Shown here: piece after piece, positions 1 to 13,419 of the stretch
Numbering within the stretch: the first letter of the stretch is position 1
Layout: every line of letters starts with the position of its first letter
Origin: Eledone cirrhosa
Taxonomy: Eukaryota
Reading direction: 5' to 3'
Assembly: GCA_964016885.1 (NCBI GenBank)
Contig: OZ024742.1
Span: forward strand, 277,760,001-277,824,000
Length of the DNA: 64,000 nt
Made by a program: the position numbers and the translations under genes
Notes under the pieces: model-generated
The model's input: the letters and a program-made list of their open reading frames with translations, nothing else
What the model was told of the DNA's origin: nothing
The model's database searches: none

Positions 1-2025
1 TTTCCTCCGAGCATAAATTGCACGACGGCGTCCTCCCGTGTAAGAGTTGGCTCTGGACAGTAATTTCCAAGTGAGATCATAGTTGATGTTGTTGTCCTTG
101 AGGTCCCATATGTGGCCCGAAAGTGTAGTGGCGTGACGCCGGGCCGGGTTTCGGAAGGTATGTCTGTTTTGGTATAGCCGGGTCTTGAAGTCACATGCGG
201 TTAATCCTATATAAGCTTTGTTGGAGGTGTCCGTGCTCATGTTGCACTGGTAGATCACATTACGGTCTCTGCATCTGTTGTCGAGGGAGCAACTGGATCT
301 ATCAGGACAGTTGCACCTCCTGGTCGGCTCTCCACTGCTATTTAGGTTGTTTCTTCCATCGGGGTTGAGTTTTTTGTTGTTGGAGGAGACGATGTTTTGT
401 GCGAAGTTAGGTGTAGTGCTGTAAGAGAGTTTGATGGTATTTTTGTTAATTATGTTGTGGTAGCGGTGTTGTGGTGGGAAGTGTTTTTCAATAAGCCTGA
501 AGAAAATTTTCCCGATGGGAGTTGTCACCTCGGCGTTGTGGGGAGGATTGAACCATGTTACATTGCGTGAGCGGCGGTGTCGCCTGCTGGTTCCGCTAAT
601 GGGAGCTGGACAGTAGGATATTTCCTCCCGGAAGCCACTCCGCTTGAGGGCCTGGTTGTAGTAAGGCGCATGTTCATCGAATATCTTCTCATTGGCTGAC
701 AAACGGGATATGCGGAGGGAGATGTTTTTGACCAGGTTGTTGGTGATGTTCCTAGGATGGTTAGATCGGCGGTGGATGTAGTGCAGGTTGTCATTGGGTT
801 TCCTGTATGGGTAGTACAGGTCATTATTGAGATCGAGGGTAACGTCCAGGAAATTAACTCGGGTCAGGGACGTTTGTAGGGTTATTTTAAATCCCCAGTC
901 GTGGAAGAAGCTGATTAATTGTTTATGGACCCGATCTGTACTACTGGGGTTGTACCCTTTAAGGGTAAGGAGCCCATCATCACGGTACAATCCACCACCG
1001 AAAGCAGGAAACATATCGGTGAGTTTGGTTATAAGGAATAATCCTATAAGATCTGTGACCTCCGCCGAATCCGTAGCGCCCATGCTGACGTCGAAGGGTG
1101 AGTCCGGAGCTCTTTTTATCCATTTGGAGTTGTCAAAGAGTAAGACTGTCTTCCTGGCGTGGAGGATGATTTTTCTTTCCTGGTCGGTGATGGGCACGAG
1201 TGCTTCGGCGAAGTCCAAGGCGGCAGTAAGTAGCGGTAAGGTGATAGAAGCATAGTAGCTCTCTATGTCGAACTGGATAAATTTAGTGTCTCGTTTATCC
1301 TCCATATTGCTGAACCATGAGATAACTTCCTGGGTGTTGATCCATAGGCTAAGTCGGGCGTGTTGCTTGACTTTTGGTATCACGCGGTCTAGGATTTTTT
1401 TGCTGATTCTCCCTATGTCGGACTTCGTTGGGTTTATAAGCCTGATAGATGGTTTACGGTCGAAATCGGATTTGTGGTCCTTCAGTGTGAAGTAGGGTGT
1501 CCGTGGGTCTAGGGTTCGGTGCGGTCGGCGACCCCGAGGCTGGAGGTAATTTGTTGTCCATCTCGATTAATGTCCTCGATGCATGAGTGGTTACCGTTTT
1601 TATAGGTGGAGTTTAGGCTGCTCCTGATCAGTGTGTGGTATCTGTCGGGGTTGACAAAGTATAGGTTCCCAGTTTTATCCGAATGCACCATGATGTCATT
1701 GGTGTTATCATACTCTGTTAAGTTGCTACGGAGTTTTTGTAGGAATCGGTTGTGTCTGGGTTTGAATTTAAGGTTCTTGACCAGTTGGAAGAGGTCATTC
1801 TCGAAGGGTGAGAGCAAAGGGTTCGGGGGGGGGGGGATTTGTAGGTAATAAATCCGAATCTCTCCTTGGTACCGAAGTCCTGATTGTCGCAAAATCTGTC
1901 GTAGAAAAAAATTCTCCATCTAAGTCTTTTCGCAAATAGAACGATTTTTTGCGTGAGCTCCGAAGGTAAAGTTTTTTCGGTGGGATTGGGATGTTCTTGG
2001 TAGAGAAGTCGATGTTGTGTTTTCG

Positions 2026-2028
<3 letters not shown>
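1..2028 (-). mobile_element. Penelope-like retroelement (family 1), frameshifted RT + GIY-YIG ORF, runs off the window start
   Basis: Minus-strand pieces: FSTKNIPIPPKK, KRLRWRIFF, SDKTGNLY (PLE DKG/DKT motif), RLINPTKSDIGRISK, FDVSMGATDSAEV, GLYRDDGL (970-993), VNFLDVTLDL, NVIYQCN..KAYIGLTACDFKTRLYQ (GIY-YIG). Stops and frameshifts present. Confidence 0.93.
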
Positions 2029-2072
<44 letters not shown>

Positions 2073-2075
<3 letters not shown>

Positions 2076-2270
2076 GGAAAAAGTATGACCACGACGGCAG
2101 AGCTCAAGCCGTTTCGACGGCTATTTCTGGACGTCCAGAAATAGCCGTCGAAACGGCTTGAGCTCTGCCGTCGGGGTCATACTTTTTCCTATTTCCCACT
2201 CTACTACCCTAAGTATTGAGTACTCTGGTGCGTTATGGTCCATCTGGTTCCTTACCACAATTCCTTTGTT
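2073..2270. repeat. Fold-back pseudo-LTR fragment of PLE family 1 (60-bp arm palindrome plus ~80-bp tail)
   Basis: 2073-2132 is the reverse complement of 2133-2192 (1 mismatch, no spacer). Homologous to 59189-59326. Flanked by (TA)n. Confidence 0.9.
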
Positions 2271-2306
2271 ATATTATATATATATATATATTTATAAAAT
2301 ATTTTG

Positions 2307-2368
2307 TATTTTATCTGATGATAGCGTACCAACATTTTTGGTACCCTTGAAATATATATAATACAATA
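2307..2368 (+). ncRNA. Minimal type I hammerhead ribozyme (slightly degenerate)
   Basis: tattttat-CTGATGA-[ag.gtaccaa/ttggtac.ct]-GAAA-tatata-TA-atacaata; stem I 7/8 bp, palindromic stem III. Confidence 0.7.
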
Positions 2369-3067
2369 AATATGGTTTTATAAATATAGTTTCCATTTAT
2401 TTAATATCATTGTATATATATATATGTATATATATATGAGAATAGCATTAAGAAAGATGCTGTGATTACATAAAGCGTTTATTCATTATAGTTATTTTTA
2501 AGGCTACCCTTATGCAATCCAAGATGCAGTGTTTGCATTTGTTGCTTGTATGGGAACGATTTCGTCAGATGAATATCCATTTTACTCATACGCACACACA
2601 CACATACAAATATATATATATGGGGAGACTGGTATGCATGGGTGACTGCTTGTCTTCCATAAACAACCTTACCCGGAATTGTGCCTCGGAGGCACAATGG
2701 TCATGCAGCCTGGCGGCTGTAGCGAAAGAGGTTTTATGGTTGACGAGGCTGAAATGACTGAAGACAGACATCTTTCTATTCGGCCAATCCCTCATCAACT
2801 TATTCAAGTTCCACATGGAAAGGAAGATGAGGGTGAAGAGGGAAGTGCTACCCCCTGTACGTTTGTAAAAAAGTGCGTGAATGGGCCAACTCTGACCACG
2901 CGCCTGTAGGCTGGCTGATTTGGAGATGATTGAGGGCTCCATCAACGTGTGCTTTAGGAGCTTTGGATGATTCAGGATTGGTGGGCTACCTGAGTCAACC
3001 CTGGCTGTCCAACGGTCTACCAATACTGCCAATGATAACAATTATTATATTAATATATATAATATAG

Positions 3068-3292
3068 TGCGGTGGATTGGCAGTATCAGTAGGGCGTCGG
3101 AAAACAAGCTTTGTAGCATAGATTTATGACCCTTTACGTTCTGAGTTCAAATCCCGCGAGGGTTAGCTTTGCCTTTCATCCGTACGGGGCCGATAAAATA
3201 AAGCACTAGTAAGGCACTGGAGTAGATTTAATTGACTTTCCCCTCCCCACAGAAAATTGTTGGCCTTGTGCCTCTAGTATAAACAATTATTA
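3068..3292 (+). mobile_element. tRNA-derived SINE (family A)
   Basis: B-box GAGTTCAAATCC, body tttgcctttcatcc..ggggtcgataaaataaag, (tat)n tail; more than 10 copies in the window. Confidence 0.85.
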
Positions 3293-3700
3293 TTGTTGTT
3301 ATTGTTGTTATTACTTTTTATTAAAATCCTTTTCATGTATATATTTTATTCTATTCATTTCCGCTTATAAAGAAGTTCTGTTATCAATTAGCTGGAAGAA
3401 AGATGACGGCCCGTATGTCAGCCACGTTAAATGTTTTTGTCAGTTACAACAGCACGCAAATATCAAGTACTGCAGGGCACACTAGAACACACGATGGTTA
3501 TAGCATGACAAAAGTGTATCAACTTGTCTCTACTACTTCAATGTAACACACCATCAACACGTCGTCTCTACTATAGTTAAACAATCAGAATTTATCTAAG
3601 ATATTTACATGTTATTGAATGATTCTTTGTCAAAATCTTTGTCAAAAGATTCTCTTCTTTCATGTCGCCGTTAATAAGGACTTAAGAGAAACAGGCAGGC

Positions 3701-3885
<185 letters not shown>

Positions 3886-3969
3886 CATATACATCTCTTT
3901 CTTGAACTCTAAGTTTCTTATTACTAATTTGTTTTTGTTTTTAATTTTTCAGATAAATAATACCAGACA

Positions 3970-4572
3970 CCAAATGAAAAAGCTCGTTGTAATGGCTGCC
4001 TTAAAAGCACATCATAGTGATACAGCGACAGCTTTCCCCTTGAAAGTTTCCCGATTCTTCGGCGTCAAAGTTAGAAAGGATCTGGAAGTTGATGACAGAG
4101 ATCTGGCATTAGCAGCTAAGCGTAAAACTCATGCACAAGGTCCTAATACAATCAGAACACCTGAGAGTGTAAAACTCATGCACAAGGTCCTAATACAATC
4201 AGAACACCTGAGTGTGTAAAAAAAGTTCTAAAACTAATCGATAAAACTCCAGGAAAGTCAATCAGAGTCATCGCAACGGACCTTAAGATTTCAGAAAGCA
4301 CTATCAGAAGAGTTTTCCATGAAGACATCCGATACTAGTGGTAAATGATGCGGAGAGGTCAGTTCATGTCGGATGTGACAAAAGAAAATCGTTTGGTCTG
4401 TGCAAAGCGCTTACTGAATAAGATAAAACGTCAAGAAGCTGGAATGCATTGTTTCTTTTTTGATGAGAAAAGTTTTGATCAGGACCAAAAGGTAAACGGA
4501 AGGAACGATAGATGGCTATACAGAGACTCAAATGGGGTCCCAACGGTCATGTACACCAAATTTCCAGCGAAA
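3970..4572 (+). mobile_element. IS630-Tc1-mariner transposase relic (N-terminal HTH to first catalytic D; maT/DD37D-like)
   Basis: PGKSIRVIATDLKISESTIRRVFHEDI (HTH); FFFDEKSFDQDQKVNGRNDRWL..VMYTKFPA; stops, frameshift, 3' truncated. Confidence 0.85.
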
Positions 4573-4694
4573 CATTTAACGTTCTAGACGTTAGTCCTTC
4601 ATCAAAAGATAGAACGAGAAATAAAAGAAGGTCTAGAAAGATAGAGGAGAGTGAGAAGAAGGAGAAACGGAAGAAGAAAACAACATTTCAAGTA

Positions 4695-5035
4695 AACGTG
4701 AATCTTATATGACGTTAAATGAAGCTAAATGATCATAGACAGACCAAGTGCAGACTTATTAACCCGGCTAAAAGCGAACTTGGTAGAATAAGCAAACATA
4801 TCTTAAATAATATTACCAAGAAAATCAGGGAAGCCGCCACACAATGACAGTGGAATAACACTGACGCTGCATTTAACCGGCTCAAAAAAAGAGATGTATA
4901 CTTATTCATTTCCCAAGCTCTTTGTTTTCAAGCCACTGGATTTGAAAGCATATACTGTACAGTAAAGGACAGCAATATAGTGACTATTATGCAGAAGGGG
5001 ATAAAGACAGCAACATCACTTTTGATGTCACAGAC
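4695..5035 (+). mobile_element. Degraded Penelope-like RT fragment
   Basis: KCRLINPAKSELGRISKHILNNITKKIREA..QWNNT and later TFDVT, matching the PLE RT motifs of 1-2028. Confidence 0.75.
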
Positions 5036-5344
5036 CTGCCGACCTCTAAGAACCCAAACTGGGAGTACCTCGAAAAGAAATACCCCAAAACGGGGTGGAA
5101 TGAGGCAAAATAGGAAGATTTTACATAATGAAAGCTATACCCATTTTCACAAGAGAAGACATATCTCACCCACTCCGAAGTGGGAGGGAGATCTCCCCCG
5201 TCGGACAGGAGAGTTGACATGTCTGATGTCAGCATGAGATTCCTGAACAGTGTAAAAAATTTGTGAGTTCTCCACTTTATGCATCTTTGACCTAATCACA
5301 GATCCTAGTAAGTTCCAACGACTCTGGAAGTTATTATGATTACC

Positions 5345-5480
5345 CACCACTCAGCTGCCACTGTTACTCATATTTTCAGTTGACTAAATAAGAGCAACGT
5401 GAAATAAAGTGCCTTGCTGAAAGGCACAATACTCTCCTCAGTCCGGAAAACGAACTCTCGATCTGACGTTCGTGAACACT
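5345..5480 (-). mobile_element. tRNA-derived SINE (family B) fragment
   Basis: Reverse complement matches 30330-30437 (cactttatttcrcgttgct..aaatgagt). Confidence 0.65.
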
Positions 5481-5814
5481 ATATACATGAAATAGAAAGT
5501 ATTAATTTATTCACTCATTCATTCATTCGAGTCAAAACATCAACAGGGGAATATCTGTAGGAACTGAACTCTTGAAACAAAATATAGTTTGTTAATGGTA
5601 TTACTAGCATCAATTGATGGCATTAAACTGTGCAACGTATAATGTCGTATCACACCATTCTAACGTTATTAATTAGAATGCGCTAGTGTAGACAGTCATA
5701 TAATTCTTCCGGTTTACTCTCTCACCTCAATCACAATCACAACTCATTACATACGGTGAAACAACGCATTATAAAACGATCAGGTTTCTGTAGTGAGTTA
5801 AACACACTGTGACA

Positions 5815-6465
<651 letters not shown>

Positions 6466-6628
6466 GGAGGTGAGTTTTATTGTAGCACAATAAAGCAATG
6501 CAAATATCGGATTAGTAGCACTCTACAGTTTGTAGGACTGGAGTACATCAATCTTAAATTATTTTTCATATGTTGATTTAAAACTTCACTATTCACAAGT
6601 GTTTTTTAAGCTTCATATCATGTATCCC

Positions 6629-6699
6629 TATTTTATCTGATGAAAACGCAGATATCATCCCATGATGATATTTGTTTTTGAAATGCGCATAATAAAATA
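6629..6699 (+). ncRNA. Minimal type I hammerhead ribozyme, intact core
   Basis: Stem I tattttat/ataaaata (8 bp), CTGATGA 6637-6643, long stem II gcagatatcatc/gatgatatttgt, GAAA 6680-6683, palindromic TGCGCA, AUA triplet with cleavage after 6691. Confidence 0.88.
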
Positions 6700-6761
6700 C
6701 TTGGAACTCTTTTAACCATCTTTTGATCTTATCTTATATATATATATATGTATGTTTCATA

Positions 6762-6801
<40 letters not shown>

Positions 6802-6845
6802 TATACACATATGAAACATGTAGCTATACTATATGTATATGCAAT

Positions 6846-6876
<31 letters not shown>

Positions 6877-6948
6877 ATATTCATATAAGTAGAAATACAA
6901 TATGTATATGCAACATATGCACACCAACGCAAACTAATATATATATAT

Positions 6949-7048
6949 ATAGTGTCCAGAAAAATGTATACACACTTCGACAGCATTCTAATAAATATTA
7001 CCTCTACAGGTAATCAAAGTGTGCATACATTTTTTGGGACAGCCTGTA
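6949..7048. mobile_element. Tc1/mariner-type MITE
   Basis: ~30-bp imperfect TIRs (gtgtccagaaaaatgtatacacactt / aagtgtgcatacattttttgggacagcctg), TA flanks. Confidence 0.7.
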
Positions 7049-7150
7049 TATAAATATAAACGAAGGTGTGTTTATGAAAACTGAGCGAAATTTGAAATTT
7101 ATGAGAAAGTAAAGCTTCATCGGATTTTTGACTATAGAAAAATAGTCTAA

Positions 7151-7338
7151 ATAATTGTTTCCACTTTTCGCACACGGCCAGCAATTAACCAGTGCATTAC
7201 TGGTACTTTATTTTATCGACCCCGTAAGGATGAAAGGCAAAGTTAACCTCGGCGGGATTTGAACTCAGAATGGCAAGGGCCGTAACTCTATGCGTCAAAG
7301 CATGGCGTCCGACCCTCTACCATTACTGCCAATCCATC
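7151..7338 (-). mobile_element. SINE family A
   Basis: Reverse complement of 14544-14735. Confidence 0.88.
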
Positions 7339-7504
7339 TAAATAATAAAGGTATCTAAGATCCCTTAACGGAAAAAAATGAACATAGCCCCTACGGAACA
7401 TGAACCCACACCTTCCTGCTTGCCGGGTAGGACATATAATACAATAACAACAGCATAATTAGAAATAAATAAACAAATAAAAAATCAATTCAACATTCAC
7501 AAGA

Positions 7505-7676
7505 AACCGCTGCCATCGCAACCACCACCACCGTCAACACCTTCACCACCACCACCACCACAAACAACAACACCACCACCACCACCACCACCACAACTAT
7601 CACCATCCTCACCAACAACACCAAGACTACCACAACCATCATGACGACGACTACCACGACGACGACGAAGACCACC

Positions 7677-7707
<31 letters not shown>

Positions 7708-7860
7708 CCACCAACAACCTCACCAACACCACCACCACTACCACGACGACGACGACGACCACCACCACCACCACCACCACGACCATCACCACCACCACCT
7801 CCACGACCACGACCACCACCACCGCCGCCACCACCACCAACAACAACAGCAGCATCAAAC
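7505..7860. repeat. Mixed (CAC/CAA/GAC)n trinucleotide tract
   Basis: Direct reading. Confidence 0.95.
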
Positions 7861-8164
7861 ACCTCAAGTCCGTTACTCAGGAGAATGTAAGTATTATGGC
7901 ATTTGATCGTGCTAGAAACACCATCGTCCGCTTACTGTTTAATGGATCCATTTAGTAACATCTTCAGCGACCGCTCGTCAAACAAGACACGAGTCACACT
8001 TCACTTCAAGCTATCATCTCACAGATATTTACTCACATTAAAACCCTTTCAACGACCTATCATAAGGCCAGCAACAGCCAGCAGGCAATACTATATATAT
8101 GCTTAGGCTATCGAGAAACAGATAAATAGATAAATAAATAAATAACTGTTGATCTTCTCTCTCT

Positions 8165-9490
8165 TTCACTCACTGCCCCCGTCTCTCTTGCTTTACCCAT
8201 CTCTCACTATTATAAGCAAATGAAGACCCAAGTGCTGGCAACTCCGCGGCCCCGGCGGACAGAATAGAGAAGCCGTTTCCCCGGAGGATAGTGAGTGAGA
8301 CGCGTTGGAAGAACCATTCTAGCTCGCGAGGCTCACACCTGCGGGTAGCCAACTCCGTGCAGATTGTGGTGAGTAGGGAGGTATTCCTAGGGCCAAGGTC
8401 ACCAGAAGTCGACCGCAAACCTGTCGGAGAGCGACTGATATTTGGAGAGTTTACCTTCCTCAGTTCGAAGTGCAGCAGAGCCTGGATTAGTCACAGACTG
8501 CACCAGGTTGCCGCTGGAGAGAGAGGGAGTGTCGCTGCATGTGGAATCCCAGATGAGGGGTTTACCACCGCGGAACAGGAAGATGGTCATACCGTCTGGC
8601 CTTTTGCCGTTCCCTCGATCCAGCCCCGTCCGCTCGAGCCGGGAGAGGAAGCCGGTAGCATACAAGCCATGCTTTATCATCTCGTTGACAGCAACATGGC
8701 GTGCAAGGCGGCCGGCACTGTCGCGACAGGACAGAGGGAGGAGGCAGAAAGTGTATATAGTGGATTCTCAGCGACATTTGTGTGGCTCGCAGATCCAGTG
8801 GCGGAACCTTAGGGAAACCCCGATTCGAAGCCTATCGTTATTTAGCTGTGTGCCAGTAAAAAGGGTGGGTAAGGCATTGAGCCAGGCACCGCTGTGGGGT
8901 TGCGAGGCCGAGCAAAAATATGCGAGGTTAGTGAGAAGAGATGCGCGGCTGTAGCAAAGAGCACTGCGTAATGTGTAGAGGAGCTTCGGCATAGAAAAAC
9001 AGTTCCTCAAATGGAAGAGGGCTTGATAGGCGTCATTCAGGCCCAGTCTGCTCGTGAGTGTCGCGAGCTGCTGGAACCTGGACTTGATGATGGAGCGGAT
9101 AACCGGTGGGAGTATCGGTGACCTGAGGATGAAGACATTCAGGGGTCACCTGCACCAAGGGTCATGCAGGTCAATTGCAGGTCATGGCAGACAATCTCAA
9201 CTGGCTCGCCCAACGTGACATCATCCAGGTACCAAACGTTGAAAGGGGTCGTGGTGCTCCGAGCAATGTGGTCTATCCTGAGAGCAAAGAGGAAGGGGCC
9301 CAAAGGATTACCCTTTTGAACTTCAGTGGTTGAAGGTAGGACAGCCAGGTAGGACAGCGGGTAGGCAGATGTGGGTCGACTGCGACAGGCCTCGAGCAGA
9401 TGGTCACGGCGCGGACATTTAAAGGCATTCGTCATGTCAAGTTTGACAATGTGGTGCCTGACGTCCTTCGACGCTGGTGCCGGTGGGCAG
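8165..9490 (-). mobile_element. CRE-clade non-LTR retrotransposon relic (RT + zinc knuckle + restriction-like endonuclease)
   Basis: KLDMTNAF, VQKGNPLGPFLFAL, WYLDDVTLG, SMPKLLYTLR, HSGAWLNALP, ICEPHKC, GKRPDG..GGKPLIWDSTCSDT, FFQRVSLTILRGN; deletions and frameshifts. Confidence 0.85.
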
Positions 9491-9769
9491 CTCAAGACCA
9501 ATAAAACAACAACTACAACTACAAATCACCATAATACCCACCACAACCGCCGAACAAACCAACAATAGCTATAAAAACAACAGGAGGAACAATTACAAGA
9601 GAAATAGCAACTGCTACTATTACCAAACGCAGGAGAAGAAGATGAAGGAGCAGGAGGAGGAGGAGGAGGAGAAGAGGGAGGAGAAGGACGAGAAGAGAAG
9701 TAGAAGAAAAATTAGAACAGTATTAGTAACAACAGGAACATTTCCACCACCATTATCATCACCTGAACT

Positions 9770-9771
9770 AT

Positions 9772-9808
<37 letters not shown>

Positions 9809-9872
9809 GCTGCTGCTACTACCACTACCACTACTACTACTACCACCACTGCTGCTGCTGCTGCTGCTGCTG

Positions 9873-9907
<35 letters not shown>

Positions 9908-9932
9908 GCTGCTTCTACTGCTGCTGCTGCTG

Positions 9933-9982
<50 letters not shown>

Positions 9983-10001
9983 GCTGCTTCTTTTGCTGCT
10001 T

Positions 10002-10063
<62 letters not shown>

Positions 10064-10095
10064 GACACTACTACTACTACTACTACTACTACTAT

Positions 10096-10145
<50 letters not shown>

Positions 10146-10146
10146 C
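9770..10146. repeat. (CTA/CTG)n microsatellite
   Basis: Direct reading. Confidence 0.97.
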
Positions 10147-10261
10147 ATCTACTTTATTCCTCCCTCCCTCTCTCAACTTTCCACTGCATTTAAAATCTTT
10201 GATTTCTCTTTGATTAGAAACTAACGTAATTAGATCAAGATATCTTCTAAGGCGACACACA

Positions 10262-12383
10262 CAAACAACAACAGCAGCTACAGTAGCAGTAGCAGCAGCA
10301 CAACAACAACAGTAGCAGTAGCAGCAGCACAACAACAACAGTAGCAGTAGCAGCAGCACAACAACAACAGTAGCAGTAGCAGCAGCACAACAACAACAGT
10401 AGCAGTAGCAGCAGCACAACAACAACAGTAGCAGTAACAGCAGCACAACAACAACAGTAGCAGTAGCAGCAGCACAACAACAACAGTAGCAGTAGCAGCA
10501 GCACAACAACAACAGTAGCAGTAACAGCAGCACAACAACAACAGTAGCAGTAGCAGCAGCACAACAACAACAGTAGCAACAACAACAGTAGCAGTAACAG
10601 CAGCAACAACAACAACAGTAGCAGTAGCAGCAGCACAACAACAACAGTAGCAACAACAACAGTAGCAATAACAGCAGCACAACAACAACAGTAGCAGTAA
10701 CAGCAGCAACAACAACAACAGTAGCAGTAGCAGCAGCAACAACAACAACAGTAGCAACAACAACAGTAGCAGTAACAGCAGCACAACAACAACAGTAGCA
10801 GTAGCAGCAGCAACAACAACAACAGTAGCAACAACAACAGTAGCAGTAACAGCAGCACAACAACAACAGTAGCAGTAGCAGCAGCAACAACAACAACAGT
10901 AGCAACAACAACAGTAGCAGTAACAGCAGCACAACAACAACAGTAGCAGTAGCAGCAGCAACAACAACAACAGTAGCAACAACAACAGTAGCAGTAACAG
11001 CAGCACAACAACAACAGTAGCAGTAGCAGCAGCACAACAACAACAGTAGCAGTAACAGCAGCAACAACAACAACAGTAGCAACAACAACAGTAGCAGTAG
11101 CAGCAGCAACAACAACAACAGTAGTAACAACAACAGTAGCAGTAACAGCACCACAACAACAACAGTAGCAGTAGCAGCAGCACAACAACAACAGTAGCAG
11201 TAGCAGCAGCAACAACAACAACAGTAGCAACAACAACAGTAGCAGTAACAGCAGCACAACAACAACAGTAGCAGTAGCAGCAGCACAACAACAACAGTAG
11301 CAGTAACAGCAGCACAACAACAACAGTAGCAGTAGCAGCAGCAGCAACAACAACAACAGTAGCAACAACAACAGTAGCAGTAGCAGCAGCACAACAACAA
11401 CAGTAGCAACAACAACAGTAGCAGTAGCAGCAGCACAACAACAACAGTAGCAACAACAACAGTAGCAGTAACAGCAGCAACAACAACAACAGTAGCAGTA
11501 ACAGCAGCAACAACAACAACAGTAGCAGTAACAGCCCCAACAACAACAGTAGCAGTAACAGCAGCAACAACAACAACAACAGTAGCAGTAACAGCAGCAA
11601 CAACAACAACAGCACCAACAACAACAGTAGCAGTAACAGCAGCAACAACAACAACAGTAGCAGTAACAGCAGCAACAACAACAACAGCACCAACAACAAC
11701 AGTAGCAGTAACAGCAGCAACAACAACAACAGCACCAACAACAACAGTAGCAGTAACAGCAGCAACAACAACAACAGTAGGAGTAGCAGCAGCACAACAA
11801 CAACAGTAGCAACAACAACAATAGCAGTAACAGCACCAACAACAACAGTAGCAGTAGCAGCAGCAACAACAACAACAGTAGCAACAACAACAGTAGCAGT
11901 AACAGCACCAACAACAACAGTAGCAGTAGCAGCAGCAACAACAACAACAGTAGCAACAACAACAATAGCAGTAACAGCACCAACAACAACAGTAGCAGTA
12001 GCAGCAGCAACAACAACAACAGTAGCAACAACAACAGTAGCAGTAACAGCAGCAGCAACAACAACAGTAGCAGTAGCAGCAGCAACAACAACAGTAGCAG
12101 TAGCAGCAACAACAACAACAGTAGCAGTAACAGCAGCAGCAACAACAACAGTAGCAACAACAACAACAGTAGCAGCAACAACAACAACAACAACATTAGC
12201 AGTAACAGCAGCAGCAACAACAACAGTAGCAGTAACAGCAGCACAACAACAACAACAACAACAACATTAGCAGTAACAGCAGCAGCAACAACAACAGTAG
12301 AAGTAACAGCAGCACAACAACAACAACAACAACATTAGCAGTAACAGCAGCAGCAACAACAACAGTAGCAGCAACAGCAGCAA

Positions 12384-12416
<33 letters not shown>

Positions 12417-12474
12417 TAGCAGTAACAACAGTAGCAGTAACAGCAGCAACAACAACAACAACAACAGCAACAGC

Positions 12475-12531
<57 letters not shown>

Positions 12532-12582
12532 GACAACAACAACAACAGCAATGACAACAACAACAACAGTAGCAGCAACAGC

Positions 12583-12619
<37 letters not shown>

Positions 12620-12790
12620 GTAGCAGTAACAACAACAGCAACAACAACAGCAACAAAAAAACAACGGCAACAACAACAACAACAACAGTAGCAGTAACAA
12701 CAACAACAACAACAACAACAACAGTAGCAGTAACAACAACAGCAACAACAACAACAGCAACAAAAAAATACAACGGCAACAACAGCTGCA
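10262..12790. repeat. 2.5-kb compound CAA/CAG/TAG minisatellite
   Basis: Units such as ACAACAACAACAGTAGCAGTAGCAGCAGC (29 bp) that decay to pure (CAA)n. Confidence 0.97.
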
Positions 12791-12833
12791 TCAATTAGAC
12801 TTAAAGAGTACATTAACAGTTTCGCACGTAAAT

Positions 12834-12880
<47 letters not shown>

Positions 12881-12897
12881 GCACACTCTCTCTCACA

Positions 12898-12972
<75 letters not shown>

Positions 12973-12974
12973 CC

Positions 12975-13120
12975 AGGTTAATACCGGTCGCTCTCCGACA
13001 GGCTTGCGGTTGTACCCTTGGCAGTGGAGACTTCTGGTGTCCTCGGCCCTAGGGCTACCTCCCTACTCACCACCATAGGTGCTGAGCTGGCCAGCCGCAG
13101 GTGTGAGCCCCGCTAGTTGG
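12975..13120 (+). mobile_element. CRE-clade endonuclease-region fragment
   Basis: YRSLSDRLAVVPLAVETSGVLGPRATSLLTTIGAELASRRCEPR; homologous to the reverse complement of 8320-8445. Confidence 0.8.
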
Positions 13121-13419
13121 TGTAATCAAGCATACAGTGTATTGCAAAATACACTATATATACATTCATATATAGATATCGCTATTTCAGAGCACCAATT
13201 CTAATTTTATATATATATAGGAGGAAATAGTAGTTTACTTGAAGCATTGCGTAATGAGGTGTAAGCGTTTGGAGTTAGAAGGCCAAAACAATGAAGGTAT
13301 GGATATAGAATATAAATACAAATGCAAAAGATATTGCTGACAATTAGTCTTAAATTTATTTGAATATAAATAAGGTAAATTTGTAGCAGACACAGAAAAG
13401 TCTATCATGGCAGTTGGTC

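Noticed and set aside
7380-7437. tRNA-like sequence on the minus strand
   Set aside because: Only a degenerate 3' half; no full cloverleaf, so not called as a tRNA gene.
9477-12966. Long 238-665 aa ORFs (poly-L/C/V)
   Set aside because: Translations of trinucleotide satellites; no domain content.
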